DNA of 64,000 nt from Meyerozyma guilliermondii (Eukaryota): contig CP128817.1 in NCBI GenBank assembly GCA_051546255.1, positions 1,364,001-1,428,000 of the forward strand, read 5' to 3'. The notes beneath the pieces were generated by a model that saw only the letters and a program-made list of their open reading frames with translations, did no database searches and was not told where the DNA came from. The position numbers and the translations under genes were made by a program. This document shows, piece after piece, positions 39,534 to 49,792 of the stretch (its first letter is position 1; every line of letters begins with the position of its first letter).

Positions 39534-40280
39534 ATGTTGTTTCTTTCAGGTATTACCTTGGCCTTGGCCTATGCCACTAGCTCACTTGCGCTTTACATTC
39601 CTGGTGCCGACGATTGGACAAAACTCATTCCCGATTCAGTGCCGTTAGCTGGAAGTTATGACACCATTCCTTTCTCGTTTGGTATTGTGGTTACTCCATT
39701 TGAACAGATTGATGGTGAGTACACCGAACCCTCATTCCATGGTCCCAAGCTGGTTACTACAACCTACACTTCAACTGTCATTACCGATGGTCCCAAACCC
39801 ACCAAAGCTGTTTCTCCCGTGAAGCAAATTTGGGACGGACAAATTCAGAATGGTCCTGAAGATGATTGCGATGACGACGATGAAACCTATGGTTATGGAA
39901 AGAGGAACGAAGTGTACGATGATTGTGATTCTGACGATGAAGATGATTCCGGCTTATTTTCCTCACCAGTATTTTCTGTTGCTTGCCTTGGCGAGAACAC
40001 ACTTCAGATGAGTCTTAGAGGTGGAATTCTTAGAGATGCACAGAATAGAATTGGCTCGATTGTTTCTAGTCACCAATTCCAATTCGATGGTCCTCTTCCT
40101 CAACATGGCACTTTGTACGCAAATGGTTGGAGTGTATCCAGCAAAGGAAGACTTGCCCTTGGAAACAGCACAACATTCTATCAGTGTGCCTCTGGTGACT
40201 TCTACAACTTGTATGACAAGAAGATTGCATACCAATGTAATCCCGTTACTCTTGAGGTTGTGGAGCTCATTTCTTGTTAA
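39534..40280 (+). CDS. PIR-family cell wall protein
   Basis: Signal peptide from ATG 39534, FSFGIVV, one PIR-type repeat QIWDGQIQ, and the four-Cys C-terminal domain (RIGSIVSSHQFQFDGP.PQ.G, FYQCASGDFYNLYD...QC). Confidence 0.88.
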   Translation: MLFLSGITLALAYATSSLALYIPGADDWTKLIPDSVPLAGSYDTIPFSFGIVVTPFEQIDGEYTEPSFHGPKLVTTTYTSTVITDGPKPTKAVSPVKQIWDGQIQNGPEDDCDDDDETYGYGKRNEVYDDCDSDDEDDSGLFSSPVFSVACLGENTLQMSLRGGILRDAQNRIGSIVSSHQFQFDGPLPQHGTLYANGWSVSSKGRLALGNSTTFYQCASGDFYNLYDKKIAYQCNPVTLEVVELISC

Positions 40281-40296
40281 AGTGTTCATGGTGATT

Positions 40297-43200
40297 CTAT
40301 AAAAAGTATTTAACCTTTACAAAGATAGCTGCCGTCGCTAGCACCCTATATACAAAGAAACATGCAACGAGTGCCCCCACGTAAACGCTAACATTGGCAT
40401 TCAACCCATAATAATCCAACACAGCATTACCAGTGCTCAAGGTGCAATGAGCATCGCCGCAGTCGAATTGTTGGTTTTCAAATCCCAAGTTGGCGCAAAT
40501 TCCAACGGCATACTTCATGGGACTCAACCAGTTCCATGCCTGGAAGAACGGTGGCATATGCAATGACATGGTACCTCCCATAAAAATGGCGATAATTACC
40601 AATGATGACAATAAATTGACTGCCAATCCAAGATGATCGAAAATACTGTTGATCAAAATTCCAAGCGACTCTCCACAATTGGTTGCAATAAAACCACTTG
40701 CAAACATACCAAAGAACATAGCTGCGGTTCTTGGAAGACCAGCTACAAACACGATCATGGCAGCAAAGAAAAAGTTTGGAATGATTTCCGTTGGTAGTTC
40801 GTTGAGGAAATATGATGCGCTGAATTCTAAAACCCCATATATGCCATCCTTGTATTCCTGATAGAAAACATCTCTTTCGACGGGGTAGAGAGTTATATTG
40901 TTCAAAAATCCAATGTAGTACAAGTTCAATGCCTCTTGAATTAATCCAAGTCTATTATCGATTCCCTCTTTGGAATGCTTCAATGGAGCAAAGAATAGTG
41001 CGTGTATGATACCAAGGAGAACAACTTGACCGGTTCTCGAAACAAGAGCATCTTTGGAACGAAGTGAATTAACGAGTTGTCTCTTGAAGATCACCGGCAT
41101 GGTGACGGAAAACGGCAATTGTTGCTTTTTGTAATTTGACAAGTCAATTGAGGATTCACTGCTAGCAAAAGTGATGGCATCGGTGTCTTTTGCAGGATGG
41201 GATTCGCTCCATTTTTTGACAAGAAATGCAACCCTAGCATCTGCTGTAGGCTTTTCTTCGTGGGCATTTCGTGACACAAGATCGAGAATATAATCGGCAG
41301 TATTGGACAACCTTGGTAATTCGAATCCACAAGTATTAAAGTAGGAGCCAATTGATCCTGAGCTTCCATTATAGACCAATCTTCCTCCTCTTGCAAGTAG
41401 TAAAATAGATTCAAATTGACTGAAAATATTCTCAGAAGGTTGATGAATTGTCATGATAATCGTGGTTCCGTTTTCAAATGCCAACTTATGCAAAAGGGAA
41501 AGAACAGTGACTGCACTCATCGAGTCAAGACCTGAAGTTGGTTCATCAAGAAACAATATGGCGGGCTCACTCAAAAGTTGAATCGAGATGGAAACTCTGC
41601 GTTTCTCTCCTCCAGAGATTCCCTTGATAAATTCATTACCGATCATCGTATCAGCACAGTCAATCAAGCCGGTTCTACGAATCATTGTCTCAACAATTCC
41701 CGGAATTGATTTGTGCTTCTCCAAAGGCAACCTCAATTTGGCTTGATAGTATAAGGTCTCTCTGACGGTCAAAGTTGGTATTAAAGAATTGTCATGTTGT
41801 GTCACATATGCAGCAATGGTGGAAAGCTTTCGTGGTGAGACAACCAAAGAGTTATTAAGCCGTATAGTTCCACTGCATACGTAGTTGGAAGTCTTTGGTA
41901 ACCTGTTGGAAAGATGATTAAGTAAAGTTGTCTTTCCACTTCCTGATGGACCCATAATTGCATTAACAGTACCTGCTCCAAATGTAGCACTGACACCGTC
42001 TAGCAACGTAAATTGTGTTTTTTTTTGGGGAATTATAGCGTATTTGCGGTTTCTGTTTGTGACCTTCAACTCGATCTTGTCAATGCTAACACCGATCGAC
42101 TTGTTGTCGTACTTGATCTGGGACCTCTGTAATGTCAGCTGCAGCTCGCTAGATTTCTTCAGTTCAAACTCCTGCTGTAATATGCAATTTTCCGATGGCT
42201 CATCGTCAGTATCTTTCAGTTTTTCGTTGGACTTCAGTCTTGATTTTGCAACTTCCATTTCTAAAGGCTTGAAATAGAGACAGACGGCAGTCAACAAATA
42301 AAATCCAATAACCCAAGCCAACAATATACATATGGGCTGCTTGACCCAGCCTTGGGGAAAGCCTAGAACTTCAAGTTGGTATGCGCCAGAATACTCTTGG
42401 CACAAGCTCTTGTCAGAATGTGGACAGTCACCCGTCCAATTGGTAAACTGGTTTGATGTAAGGGCACCAAATCCATACCAAAAGTATGCAAGATATTTGA
42501 CCCAACGGACATAAACAGGCATAGTCGCTGCATTGACGAAATACCCACATGCACTATTTTGTAGTTGGTAGAATGCATTGGTGACCAACGAAGCTATAGC
42601 AAAGTCGTCACAGAGCGCAAAACAGAACATTGCCGAAGCCATTCCGACAAAGTTGGTCAAGATTGTCACTGCCAAATAGATGAAAAAATATGATGGAGTT
42701 TGTGGGCCATCCAAATCGGTGGTGATACGAAGTCCCCACATGAAATAAGTAATCAGGGCAAAGATAACGGCCACCGACACATCTTCCAAAAAGAATTTCC
42801 CGAGCCGTCTGGAGATAATGAACCCTGGAATGCTGACAAAATTCTCTTTATACTCTCGGTAGAAAAAGACACCATCGGTAGAATATAGACGTTCAATCTC
42901 CACAAACATGGGAGCGAAACCAACAACCTCTAGCATCACGTATAACGTTGAAACTATTGATCTGATTCCAGCAAGATCTGGCTCTGGTTTGTAAAATATC
43001 CACCCACAAATTACCGCCAAAAGGAGAGCCCCGCCGTTCAAGGCAATAAGCGAGCCTACATCTCTGTAGGTGAGAATAAACGAGCGCTTAGTCAAGATGA
43101 TAAGCTCTCTCCAGAACAGAATGGCCTCATTTTTTGGACGGTGAAATCTGGAGATGTTTGACAGAAACTGTTCGTCCTCAGATTTCAGGTAACTTGAAGG

Positions 43201-44178
43201 AGATTTTTCATTTTGCGATGTTTGTGACTCCCAAAGACGCACGAGAGCGTCGATTCGTGAATTGGAATTTACTTCGTTTTCCGCAGAAGAGGCATCTTTC
43301 ACGGACATGTCCATTATACGATCGATGAAGCCCTTCGATTGATTGCCTTTGTCAAAACCCAAATCAGAGAGCTTGGTAACATATGTTTCAGTCTCGTTGA
43401 AACTGCCGTAGTAAACAACCCTGCCACCTCGGGTGAGTAGACAGATCTTGTCAAACAAGGTGGATATCTCTGGCCTGGGCTGATGAATAGAAAGCACAAT
43501 AGTAATGCCAAATTCGGGGGATGCAAGTTTTTTGAGTAGCAGGACCAAGTTGTACGAGCTTGTGGCATCCAAGCCAGTGGTGGGTTCATCCAAAAAGAGA
43601 ATGGAAGGTTTGCTCAATAATTGAATGGCCAAACTCACTCTTCTTTGCTCACCACCAGACAAGTTGGTCTTTTTTGTGGAGAATTGAGCTATTTGTTTAT
43701 CTTTCAAATGAACGAGTTCCAAAATGGATAAAAGGTGGTCTATCAAATGCAATTTCTCGTCAGTGGTGGTTGATGATGGAAGTCTCAAGTCTGCTTGAAA
43801 TTTCATGGTTTCAAAAACAGTGAGTCCAGGTAAAAAAAAATCGTCTTGTTGCATGAATGAGTTCTTGACTTTCGAGTCTGGCAGACCTCCAGCAACATTG
43901 TAGTTAACTCTTCCAGAGAACTGAAGCTTCTTATTGCGAGCATTCAACCGTTGAGATAAGGTGTTTAACAATGTCGTTTTTCCACTTCCCGAGCCTCCCA
44001 TGATAGCCAATAATTGACCGCTTCCCAAATCAAAGGAGACATTGTTCAAAATGCGTACTGGCTCGGAAATACCTTCGTGATCTTTAGCATTGGGACCTTT
44101 CACTGCTACTGTAAGATGATCCACATTCAAGCTAACCCTATTTTCAGGGTCTATTCGTAGCACGTTGACGTCTAGCAT
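40297..44178 (-). CDS. Full-length ABCG transporter (NBD-TMD)x2, YOL075C/Roa1-like, copy 1
   Basis: Walker A GGSGSGKTT and GPSGSGKTT, signatures LSGGE and ISGGE, Walker B FLDEP twice, two TM blocks. First ATG at 44178. Confidence 0.92.
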   Translation of the reverse strand: MLDVNVLRIDPENRVSLNVDHLTVAVKGPNAKDHEGISEPVRILNNVSFDLGSGQLLAIMGGSGSGKTTLLNTLSQRLNARNKKLQFSGRVNYNVAGGLPDSKVKNSFMQQDDFFLPGLTVFETMKFQADLRLPSSTTTDEKLHLIDHLLSILELVHLKDKQIAQFSTKKTNLSGGEQRRVSLAIQLLSKPSILFLDEPTTGLDATSSYNLVLLLKKLASPEFGITIVLSIHQPRPEISTLFDKICLLTRGGRVVYYGSFNETETYVTKLSDLGFDKGNQSKGFIDRIMDMSVKDASSAENEVNSNSRIDALVRLWESQTSQNEKSPSSYLKSEDEQFLSNISRFHRPKNEAILFWRELIILTKRSFILTYRDVGSLIALNGGALLLAVICGWIFYKPEPDLAGIRSIVSTLYVMLEVVGFAPMFVEIERLYSTDGVFFYREYKENFVSIPGFIISRRLGKFFLEDVSVAVIFALITYFMWGLRITTDLDGPQTPSYFFIYLAVTILTNFVGMASAMFCFALCDDFAIASLVTNAFYQLQNSACGYFVNAATMPVYVRWVKYLAYFWYGFGALTSNQFTNWTGDCPHSDKSLCQEYSGAYQLEVLGFPQGWVKQPICILLAWVIGFYLLTAVCLYFKPLEMEVAKSRLKSNEKLKDTDDEPSENCILQQEFELKKSSELQLTLQRSQIKYDNKSIGVSIDKIELKVTNRNRKYAIIPQKKTQFTLLDGVSATFGAGTVNAIMGPSGSGKTTLLNHLSNRLPKTSNYVCSGTIRLNNSLVVSPRKLSTIAAYVTQHDNSLIPTLTVRETLYYQAKLRLPLEKHKSIPGIVETMIRRTGLIDCADTMIGNEFIKGISGGEKRRVSISIQLLSEPAILFLDEPTSGLDSMSAVTVLSLLHKLAFENGTTIIMTIHQPSENIFSQFESILLLARGGRLVYNGSSGSIGSYFNTCGFELPRLSNTADYILDLVSRNAHEEKPTADARVAFLVKKWSESHPAKDTDAITFASSESSIDLSNYKKQQLPFSVTMPVIFKRQLVNSLRSKDALVSRTGQVVLLGIIHALFFAPLKHSKEGIDNRLGLIQEALNLYYIGFLNNITLYPVERDVFYQEYKDGIYGVLEFSASYFLNELPTEIIPNFFFAAMIVFVAGLPRTAAMFFGMFASGFIATNCGESLGILINSIFDHLGLAVNLLSSLVIIAIFMGGTMSLHMPPFFQAWNWLSPMKYAVGICANLGFENQQFDCGDAHCTLSTGNAVLDYYGLNANVSVYVGALVACFFVYRVLATAAIFVKVKYFL

Positions 44179-44587
44179 TGTCGTGGAGGATCGGTAGAGC
44201 ACGAGCGGTTGTTTAGATGCAAATTTTCCATAAATCTAATGTGATACTTATAAGATGGCTATCGCGAGGAATGCGTCAAAGTGCGCATCTCGAAAGCGCA
44301 AATTAATTTTACGAAAAGCGCAAATTCGCCCGCATAGTGCGTTTTCGGCGAGCGATGTAACGGAATCTGGTGCAACCTGTCAGCGCAATTGGCCAAGAAA
44401 ACGGCATTAGCCGGAAATATACTCATTTCGGGTACTCTCGCCAGAAAGAGCAAAAGGAACCAGGTCCACAGGCGAGATCAATATTTTTTCCGTAACCATT
44501 TTAGAATATTTCCGCTTATGCAAGGAACCTGAACTGACTAATGTACTAAAAAATTAATTATTCAACCTGTCATAAGTCAGCATTAGT

Positions 44588-47500
44588 CTATATAAAATAT
44601 CTAACTTTAACATATACTGCAACTGTCGCAAGCACTCGATACACCACAAGACATCCAACAAAGGCTGCGAAATAACGCGGCACATTCAGTTCAAGATTGT
44701 AAGCTAGTAAAACCTTTTCTCCAGTTGAAAGAGGGCAATCGGAATTTCCAGGACAGTCAAATACCTGGTTTCGAAATCCGAGCTCGGCGCAAATTCCCAC
44801 TGCATATTTCATAGGATTAATGTAATTCCACCCTTTGAAAAATGGTGGCATATTAAGCGACATTGTTCCTCCCATAAACAATGCAAACATAATAATGCTA
44901 CCCAAAACGTTTGCTGCCAATCCCAAGTGCTTCACCACGCTATTGACAAGAATTCCCAACGATTCACCACAATTCATGGAAATGAAACTGGTGAGAAACA
45001 TACTAAAGAACATGCCTGCGTTCCTAGGTAAACCAGGACCAAAAACAATAAGAGCTGCAAAAAAAAAGCATGGCAATATCTCGATAGGAAGCTCATTGAT
45101 AAGGTAAGAAACACTGAATTCACATGTGCCGTAAATGTCATCCTTGTACTCTTTGTAGAACAAGTCTCGTTCTATTGGGTACAACGATTGATTATTGATG
45201 AAACCAACAAAATACATGTTCAATACCACTTGAACTAATCCGAGTCGGTTACTTATGCCAATTTGACTATTTCGAAGTGGCGTAAAGTACAAGGTATGAA
45301 TAATGGCCAACAAAACCGTTTGCATGGCTCTTGCAAAAACCACATCTAACGACCGCCATGAATTGAGAAGTTGTCTATGAGTTATCACCTTTAGAGCAAC
45401 CATAAACCGAGCACGTTTGTGTCTGTACTGAACCAAGTCGATGTCTCCACTATATTTTTGCTCGTCAAATTTTTGTTTTTGATGATACAACCATTCTGTC
45501 CTCAACATTTGTATACGAGCCTCTATGGTTTCTGGGGTCTCCTCCAATGTGGGTGAAAGTAGATCTAGCATAAAGTCAGCTACTTTCATCGTTTCTGGTT
45601 TAAAGTATCCCTTCAGCTCCAAATATGGCTGAATTGAATTTGGTTTTCCTTGATAAATCATTGTACCATGGCGAGCAAGTAACAAGACACTTCCAAATTC
45701 ATGGAACATATCATCACTGGGCTGATGGATGGTGGTTATCACTGTTGTGTTGTTCTGAACTGCTAGGTCTACCAACATGGTGAGAATAGTTCTTGCCGTA
45801 GTCGAATCTAAACCAGAAGTTGGCTCGTCTAAAAAGAGCACCTTGGGTTCACTTAGAAGCTGTATTGCAATTGAAAGACGCCGTTTTTCTCCTCCAGATA
45901 TTCCTTTCCGTATAGAGGATCCGATCACCGTATCGGCACATTCCAATAACCCTACTTTTCTCATCAACGATATAATAATGGAAGGTATTTTATCATGGTT
46001 TTCTTCAGGAAGTCTCAAACGGGCTTGGAAAAAAAGGGTCTCTCGTACTGTTAAAGTTGGAATGAGAGAATCATCGCTTTGGTCAACGTAGGCAGATATG
46101 GTTGCTAGTTGTGATGGTGTGATGTCTTGGGAACCATTTACCTTCATTGAACCACTTACTTTTTTTGCAGTTGATTTGGAGATTCTGTTCGATAAAAATT
46201 TGAGTAACGTAGACTTCCCGCTGCCTGAGGGTCCCAATATGACATTGAGCTGGCATGCTGCAAATTCAGCAGAGACATTGTCAAGTAGGGTTAGTGGTTG
46301 AGGTTTTTTGATAGACCACCATTTTGGTTGAATTGACATGCTAATATTTTCAAGTGCAATAGAAACTTTTTCTTGATTGTCAATATCGGTTTGATCGCTT
46401 GCTGGCACTTTTTCGTCTCTGTTTTCTGTCTGGGTATCAACTTCATCTCCAATTGTATTTGTCTTATGCTTGGCAACCCCAGAAGACCCATTATGGTAAT
46501 ATAGAGCAATGGCTGCGAAAATGTAAAATGCAACCAACCAGGCAATCAAAATTCCAATAGGCTGTGCAATCCAATTTTTAGGATATCCAAGCTCGTGGAG
46601 TTGATAATTTCCGGAATATGTAACACATTCTTGGGCTGAGCCTCGACAAGTACCTTTCCAGTCAGTATACTGGTTTGAAGTAAGTCCTCCAAATGCGTAC
46701 CAAAAGTGGGCAATATACTTGGTCCACCGGACGTATACCGGCATTGTTTTTGCATTCACAAAGTAGCCACAAGCACTATTTTGTAACTGGTAGAAGATGT
46801 TGGAGATCATACTGGCCATAGGAAACGATGGAGCAAGTGCAAAACTGAAAGTTGCCATTGCCATACCAATTGAGTACACGAGAAACGTTATAACAGCACA
46901 GATGAAAAAGTAGGACACATTTCGGTTTCCATTACCGTCTTCCATTCGCAAACCCCACATAAAGTAAGATATTGAAGAAAAGATCAATGAGGTTGGAATA
47001 TCTTCAATGAACAATTTTGCAAGTCTTCTGGAAATGAGAAACCCTGGTACACTGACGATATTTTCCTGGCGTTCAGAAAAGTAGTAAACTCCATCAATGA
47101 GACACAATCTTACCAAGTCAACGAATAATGGAGAAAACCCAATCACTTCGAGAATGACATATAAAGACGATGTGGTCGATCTTATACCAGCCAAATCACT
47201 TCCTGGTTTGTAAAACATCCACCCTAATGTGATAGCGAGAACTATGGCTCCTCCAATAAGAGCCAAAAGAGAACCTATGTCTCTTATCGAAGTCAACATA
47301 TTTCGTTTCGTTAGTACCATCACCTCTCTAAAAAGAGTAATACGGCTTTCTTGGGACAGAGTAAGCTGCTTATAAGTAGCTTCAAACCCTGCTTTTTGTT
47401 GCTGTTCAGTAAGATTCAATGGTTCGTAGTAGTTGTGTTCCTTCCAAGCCGTAACCAATTGATCTATAACAAGGTTACTTTGACGTTCTGCCTCGATGGT

Positions 47501-48391
47501 CAGCGTATCCCTGACGGAAAGTTGCATAATGTAATCGATATTGTTGGAAGCTTGAAAACCAATGTTGGCAAAGTACCTACTGCTTTCCACCAAACTGCCG
47601 TAATATACCATTCTGCCTCCATGGGTTAAAACACAAAGTTTGTCAAAGAGCACAGAAATCTCTGGTCGAGGCTGGTGAATTGAAAGGAGAATCGTGAAGC
47701 CAAATTCTGGCGATGCTAGGGTTCGTAATATTTGAACGAGCTTGAGCGAACTAGTTGCATCGAGTCCCGTTGTAGGTTCATCCAAAAATAACAATGGCGG
47801 CATACTAAGAAGCTGAATTGCTAAAGATATACGTCGTTGTTCTCCACCAGAAAGCGTAGTTTGTTGGGTTGCAAATGACAAGATTCTCTTATCACGGATA
47901 TGTTCGAGTCCTAGAACATTCAACAAGGAAGCGATCAATTTGTCTTTTGTAGACGAGTGAACACTTGCAGGGAGCCGCAAGTCGGCTTTGTACTTGAGCG
48001 TCTCATACACTGTAAGTCCAGGCAAAAATATGTCAGTTTGTTGGAGATAAGCGCTGTTAATTGCAGCCATCGCAGAATCCTGCAGCGACCCACATGCAGC
48101 AGCTAACAAAATAGATCCCAGAAGCTGTAATCGTTTACTGTGAACATTGAACCGTTGTGCCAATGTGTTTAGGAGAGACGATTTACCACTTCCAGATGCT
48201 CCCACAATCGCTAACATGTTACCAGATTCAAGATCGAACGAGATATCATCGAGGATCTTGCCAGATGGTTTATCTGCAGAATCTGCTCCATCTGCAACTT
48301 CGCCGGGATCGCGCAGCACCAGCACCAGAAGATGGCGAACGGAAAGACGCACCCTGTCCTCTGGCACAACCTTCAACATGTTTGAGTTCAT
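44588..48391 (-). CDS. Full-length ABCG transporter (NBD-TMD)x2, YOL075C/Roa1-like, copy 2
   Basis: GASGSGKSS and GPSGSGKST, LSGGE and ISGGE. Shares long blocks with the neighbour (FYQLQNSACGYFVNA, NCGESLGIL, FMGGTMSL). Confidence 0.92.
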   Translation of the reverse strand: MNSNMLKVVPEDRVRLSVRHLLVLVLRDPGEVADGADSADKPSGKILDDISFDLESGNMLAIVGASGSGKSSLLNTLAQRFNVHSKRLQLLGSILLAAACGSLQDSAMAAINSAYLQQTDIFLPGLTVYETLKYKADLRLPASVHSSTKDKLIASLLNVLGLEHIRDKRILSFATQQTTLSGGEQRRISLAIQLLSMPPLLFLDEPTTGLDATSSLKLVQILRTLASPEFGFTILLSIHQPRPEISVLFDKLCVLTHGGRMVYYGSLVESSRYFANIGFQASNNIDYIMQLSVRDTLTIEAERQSNLVIDQLVTAWKEHNYYEPLNLTEQQQKAGFEATYKQLTLSQESRITLFREVMVLTKRNMLTSIRDIGSLLALIGGAIVLAITLGWMFYKPGSDLAGIRSTTSSLYVILEVIGFSPLFVDLVRLCLIDGVYYFSERQENIVSVPGFLISRRLAKLFIEDIPTSLIFSSISYFMWGLRMEDGNGNRNVSYFFICAVITFLVYSIGMAMATFSFALAPSFPMASMISNIFYQLQNSACGYFVNAKTMPVYVRWTKYIAHFWYAFGGLTSNQYTDWKGTCRGSAQECVTYSGNYQLHELGYPKNWIAQPIGILIAWLVAFYIFAAIALYYHNGSSGVAKHKTNTIGDEVDTQTENRDEKVPASDQTDIDNQEKVSIALENISMSIQPKWWSIKKPQPLTLLDNVSAEFAACQLNVILGPSGSGKSTLLKFLSNRISKSTAKKVSGSMKVNGSQDITPSQLATISAYVDQSDDSLIPTLTVRETLFFQARLRLPEENHDKIPSIIISLMRKVGLLECADTVIGSSIRKGISGGEKRRLSIAIQLLSEPKVLFLDEPTSGLDSTTARTILTMLVDLAVQNNTTVITTIHQPSDDMFHEFGSVLLLARHGTMIYQGKPNSIQPYLELKGYFKPETMKVADFMLDLLSPTLEETPETIEARIQMLRTEWLYHQKQKFDEQKYSGDIDLVQYRHKRARFMVALKVITHRQLLNSWRSLDVVFARAMQTVLLAIIHTLYFTPLRNSQIGISNRLGLVQVVLNMYFVGFINNQSLYPIERDLFYKEYKDDIYGTCEFSVSYLINELPIEILPCFFFAALIVFGPGLPRNAGMFFSMFLTSFISMNCGESLGILVNSVVKHLGLAANVLGSIIMFALFMGGTMSLNMPPFFKGWNYINPMKYAVGICAELGFRNQVFDCPGNSDCPLSTGEKVLLAYNLELNVPRYFAAFVGCLVVYRVLATVAVYVKVRYFI

Positions 48392-48534
48392 TTGATGGTG
48401 AAATTATGCACTGAAGGCAACGATTTTCTATTTATACTCTGAAATAGCTCTATAATTCCGTTGCGTAAGCCGCACGCATTCCGTTCGCCTTTTTGGTAAT
48501 TTCCATCATCGCCGCATCGGTGAACTTGTGGCTC

Positions 48535-49497
48535 CTAAAACCCAAGTAGTTTTTTGACGGTGTTGGATGTCAGTAACGTGGTGTCGTAATCCACAGTGAA
48601 AACACTGACTGATGTACTGCAATTGTTTTTGAGGTAAATATCGTATTCCGCTGTTAATCCACAGTCTCCACTGTCGCAATCTTTCAGAATATTGTCAAAG
48701 TATTTCGTGCCCCACTCCATAAGTCCCAGGTCCAGATTGTACTTCATGTTCTGAACAAACACTCCTTTGCCCATCATCCTGCCAAATTGCCATTTGGGGT
48801 CGTCACACGAAGGATCATCCTTGCCCAAAAGCGTGCCTACTTTGGGGAAATTGACGTTTATACCGGTGATAGCGGGCATACCTCCGTCAATTACCTTTTT
48901 CGTCAACTCCACAACTTTTTTGGAGTAGATATTGGCGGGATTGGATTTGGAATCGTCGAGCGAGTCTTTGAAAAAAGAGTTGTTGAAATCAGAACCCAGG
49001 AACGAAATGGCGGGAATTCCTCGGTAAATGGCATTATAAACCGCTCCCATGGTTCCAGAAGCAGTGTAGAAACCAGGACTCAAATTAGGACCCTCGTTAG
49101 GTCCAGCAACCACCAAATCGGGTGTAACATTGTCAAACTTCTCAGGAAGCAAATAGTCCAAAGCGAACGAAATACACGAGGCAGGAGTACCATTGAAATA
49201 CCAGATATTTTGGTCGTCTTTTTCATGGTCCCAAGAAGGTGCACCCTTTTTAACGTAACTAAATTCTCCTTCAGTTTCAAGAGTCTTGGAAGTAGGAACA
49301 TCGAATTTTCCACCGTATCCTGATCTTTGAGATACCGGTGCCACCAAAATCACATTGTAACCAGCATCCTTAAGATCCCGGTATGCAGCTCTAATATAAG
49401 TGGAGGCCCAGCCATCATCATTAGAAAGTAAGATGGTTTTTGCAGCCGATGCCATAATGGCATAATAGACTAATGTCAATACAATTGTGCATTTCAT
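48535..49497 (-). CDS. Secreted SurE-family acid phosphatase/nucleotidase
   Basis: Signal peptide followed by ILLSNDDG, VAPVSQRSG, NGTPASC, DLVVAGPNEGPN and SGTMGA (SurE motifs). Confidence 0.9.
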   Translation of the reverse strand: MKCTIVLTLVYYAIMASAAKTILLSNDDGWASTYIRAAYRDLKDAGYNVILVAPVSQRSGYGGKFDVPTSKTLETEGEFSYVKKGAPSWDHEKDDQNIWYFNGTPASCISFALDYLLPEKFDNVTPDLVVAGPNEGPNLSPGFYTASGTMGAVYNAIYRGIPAISFLGSDFNNSFFKDSLDDSKSNPANIYSKKVVELTKKVIDGGMPAITGINVNFPKVGTLLGKDDPSCDDPKWQFGRMMGKGVFVQNMKYNLDLGLMEWGTKYFDNILKDCDSGDCGLTAEYDIYLKNNCSTSVSVFTVDYDTTLLTSNTVKKLLGF

Positions 49498-49792
49498 GGT
49501 TAGTTTCTTGACGCAACAAGTATACTTATATAGAAGTCCAATATTACCGACCGGTTCGAGTGCGGCATGTCAAGTTGATTGTGCGGTGAGGAAACAATAG
49601 TGTAGGTTGCATTTTCTATTGTGCGCGAACAATAGCAGGCTGGCGAAAAATTCCGAGAAAAGTAAAGAAGTAGCAGATTACGGCAGGTTGCAGAAATGAG
49701 GATAGGTAGGTGTAAACGTATAGCGGTATAACGGTATGAGCGTATATGAGTGATATGAACTTTATTGACGGTTAATTTTTGTATGGTCTTCA

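Noticed and set aside
48787..49323. 178-aa antisense ORF within the SurE gene
   Set aside because: Shadow ORF of a real gene, like most short track ORFs antisense to CDSs.
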